Assembly (NCBI GenBank): GCA_041615815.1 | Contig: JBFJCP010000043.1 | Coordinates: 1 to 27,662 of the forward strand | Length of the DNA: 27,662 bases | Origin: Gemmatimonadales bacterium | GTDB lineage: Bacteria; Gemmatimonadota; Gemmatimonadetes; Gemmatimonadales; GWC2-71-9 | Reading direction: 5' to 3' | Shown here: positions 25,868 through 27,662 of the stretch, piece after piece | Layout: each line of letters opens with the position of its first letter | How positions within the stretch are numbered: the stretch's first letter is position 1 | Notes under the pieces: generated by a model | Database searches by the model: none | What the model saw: the letters and a program-made list of their open reading frames with translations, nothing else | What the model was told of the DNA's origin: nothing | Position numbers and translations under genes: made by a program

Positions 25868-27238
25868 CTACCGCCCGGACGCCTGCGCGATCTCGGCTCG
25901 GAACGCGTGGAGCGCCGGACTCAGTGTGACCCGGTACGGGGGATCAGCCTGCGCCTTGTCCAGCAGGTGCTCCGGCAGAGCCGCGAGCGCCCTCTGGGCG
26001 TGGGCGCGAGCCTCAGCGAGCGTGCGCCTCCCGGCGGCGGTACGGCGCCCCTGGTGCATCACTTGCTCCAGAAGCGGCTGGCCCACAACGGATTCGCCAA
26101 ATCGGCCGATGATGTCTTCGACCGCCCGTCCGTCCTCCACGACGCGAAACACCTGCTTCTGCCCCGGCAGGATCCCTTTGCCGGGTGACAGCTTGAGCCG
26201 TCCTTTTCCGCCGTAGGCGGCCAGCTTGTACGCGATGTCGAGCGCCGGTGCGTCCGGCGAGACACCCATCCGCGTGCCCACCCCAAAGCCCGTGATCGGC
26301 GCCCCTCGCTCGAGCAACGAGGCGATCTCGTGTTCGTCCAGCCCACCGCTGGCGAAGATCTCGACGCGCTCGAGCCCCGCATCGTCGAGGATCCGTCTTG
26401 CGGCGAATGCGAGCTCGCACAGGTCTCCCGAATCGAGTCGGACGCCACGAACGGCGAAACTCGAGCCCAGTTCACGAGCGAGCGCGGCAACTCGGCGCAC
26501 TCCTTCCAGCGTGTCGTAGGTGTCCACCAGCAGAATCGTCGAGGGATAGAGCGCCGCGAACTCACGAAAGGCATCGAGTTCGCGTTCGTGGGCCTGGATG
26601 TAACTGTGCGCCATGGTTCCGGCCACGGGCACGCCGTAGAGGCGTCCGGCGAGCACGTTGCTCGTTGCCGTTACCCCAGCCACATGAAACGCGCGCGCGG
26701 ATTTGATGCCGGCATCCAACCCGTGCATGCGACGCAACCCAAAATCCACCACCGCCCGTCCCCTCGCGGCACGCACCACCCGGGCCGCTTTCGACGCGAT
26801 GACGGTCTGGAAGTGCACCTGGTTCATGACGAACGTCTCGGCGAGCTGTGCTTCCGGCAACGGCGCCACGACCTCGAGCAGCGGCTCGTCCCCGAATATC
26901 GGCGTGCCTTCCGGAACCGCATGCACGTCTCCCGTGAAGCAGAAGCCGGACAGCCAATCGAGGAACGCAGGCTGGAAGAAGTCCAGCGACGAGAGATACT
27001 TCAGCGCTTCCTCCTCGAACCGGAGCCGTTCCAGGTAGCTGAGCGCGTCGTCGAGGCCGCAAGCCAGGAGATAATTGCGCTCTGGCGGAAGGCGCCGAAC
27101 GTGCAGCGTGAACACGGCCGGCTCCAGCATCCCCTCCCGCCAATAGGCCTGGAGCATGGTCAGCTCGTATAGGTCCGTGAAGAGCGCGAGGTTGCGGTCG
27201 ACGACCCCGCGAGTTTCACTCACGGCGCGAATTGACAA
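25868..27238 (-). CDS. pncB: nicotinate phosphoribosyltransferase
   Basis: LFTDLYELTM, DFGLRRMHG, TSNVLAG, GTMAHS, LLVDTYDT, GVRLDSGD, ASGGLDE, GFGVGT and YKL motifs. Exact start uncertain. Confidence 0.95.
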   Translation of the reverse strand: MSIRAVSETRGVVDRNLALFTDLYELTMLQAYWREGMLEPAVFTLHVRRLPPERNYLLACGLDDALSYLERLRFEEEALKYLSSLDFFQPAFLDWLSGFCFTGDVHAVPEGTPIFGDEPLLEVVAPLPEAQLAETFVMNQVHFQTVIASKAARVVRAARGRAVVDFGLRRMHGLDAGIKSARAFHVAGVTATSNVLAGRLYGVPVAGTMAHSYIQAHERELDAFREFAALYPSTILLVDTYDTLEGVRRVAALARELGSSFAVRGVRLDSGDLCELAFAARRILDDAGLERVEIFASGGLDEHEIASLLERGAPITGFGVGTRMGVSPDAPALDIAYKLAAYGGKGRLKLSPGKGILPGQKQVFRVVEDGRAVEDIIGRFGESVVGQPLLEQVMHQGRRTAAGRRTLAEARAHAQRALAALPEHLLDKAQADPPYRVTLSPALHAFRAEIAQASGR

Positions 27239-27322
27239 CCGAGTCCCGCACGGCGGCGTGGGTGCGGCGGGGACATGCAGGTGTCGAGGTTCGCGTGGCC
27301 ATGGGATGCCGCTGCCGTCGGG

Positions 27323-27662
27323 CTACTTGAGTTTATTCGCGATGACGCCAGGAGGGGTGTCCGTTGCGGAGGGGTAGAGCTTTGGCTCTCGATGCTTCGT
27401 GGGAGGGGGAAAGCGGTGCCGGCGGATCATGTCCTCTATACCCCGAAGCACGTCCCGACGACTCACGAGACCCACTAACTTGCCACCCTGGGTGACGGGA
27501 AGCCGTCGTACGTTGTAGCTGAAGAAGGATTCGGCGATCGAGAAGATCCCGAGCTCGGGAGCGATGGTGTACTCTGGCTCGCTCATGAATGCCGCCACGC
27601 TCAGAGTCTTCTCGAAATCTTCCGCATTGTACTGCCCCCGAGCGAGCACGCGTAGGCAATCC
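27323..27662 (-). CDS. CBS domain protein (5' truncated by window edge)
   Basis: VAAFMS....TIAP.......A..F....VRRLPV..GGKLVGLVSRRDVLR. The frame continues to the window end. Confidence 0.85.
   Translation of the reverse strand, partial: DCLRVLARGQYNAEDFEKTLSVAAFMSEPEYTIAPELGIFSIAESFFSYNVRRLPVTQGGKLVGLVSRRDVLRGIEDMIRRHRFPPPTKHREPKLYPSATDTPPGVIANKLK

Overview
A GC-rich bacterial chromosomal segment with about 25 CDS. The gene families and intergenic style suggest Gemmatimonadota, but that is an inference. From left to right: the 3' end of a DUF6569/ARPP-1-like gene, DUF2784, a GT2 / unknown / GT1 glycosyltransferase operon, a secreted FG-GAP + choice-of-anchor-B protein behind a structured leader, a lipoprotein and a PurB-superfamily lyase behind divergent sigma54-like promoters, a metallophosphoesterase and DUF1059. 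The most striking locus is 10822-16849. It has an ECF sigma factor, a membrane anti-sigma with a CBM48/AMPK-type glycogen-binding-like domain, an exported helical protein and a beta-barrel-CBM48 fusion. These are transcribed divergently from a second beta-barrel protein and a diheme MauG/CcP-family lipoprotein. Both arms are preceded by the same TGTGAC-N17-GGTATCCC motif, which probably is the promoter of this sigma. The right part is a stress/dormancy-type cluster: TPR protein, redoxin, USP, Lon-like protease, HhH protein, YihY, FtsH, PncB and CBS. I saw no rRNA, tRNA, CRISPR array or mobile element. All family calls come from motif recognition, not database searches.
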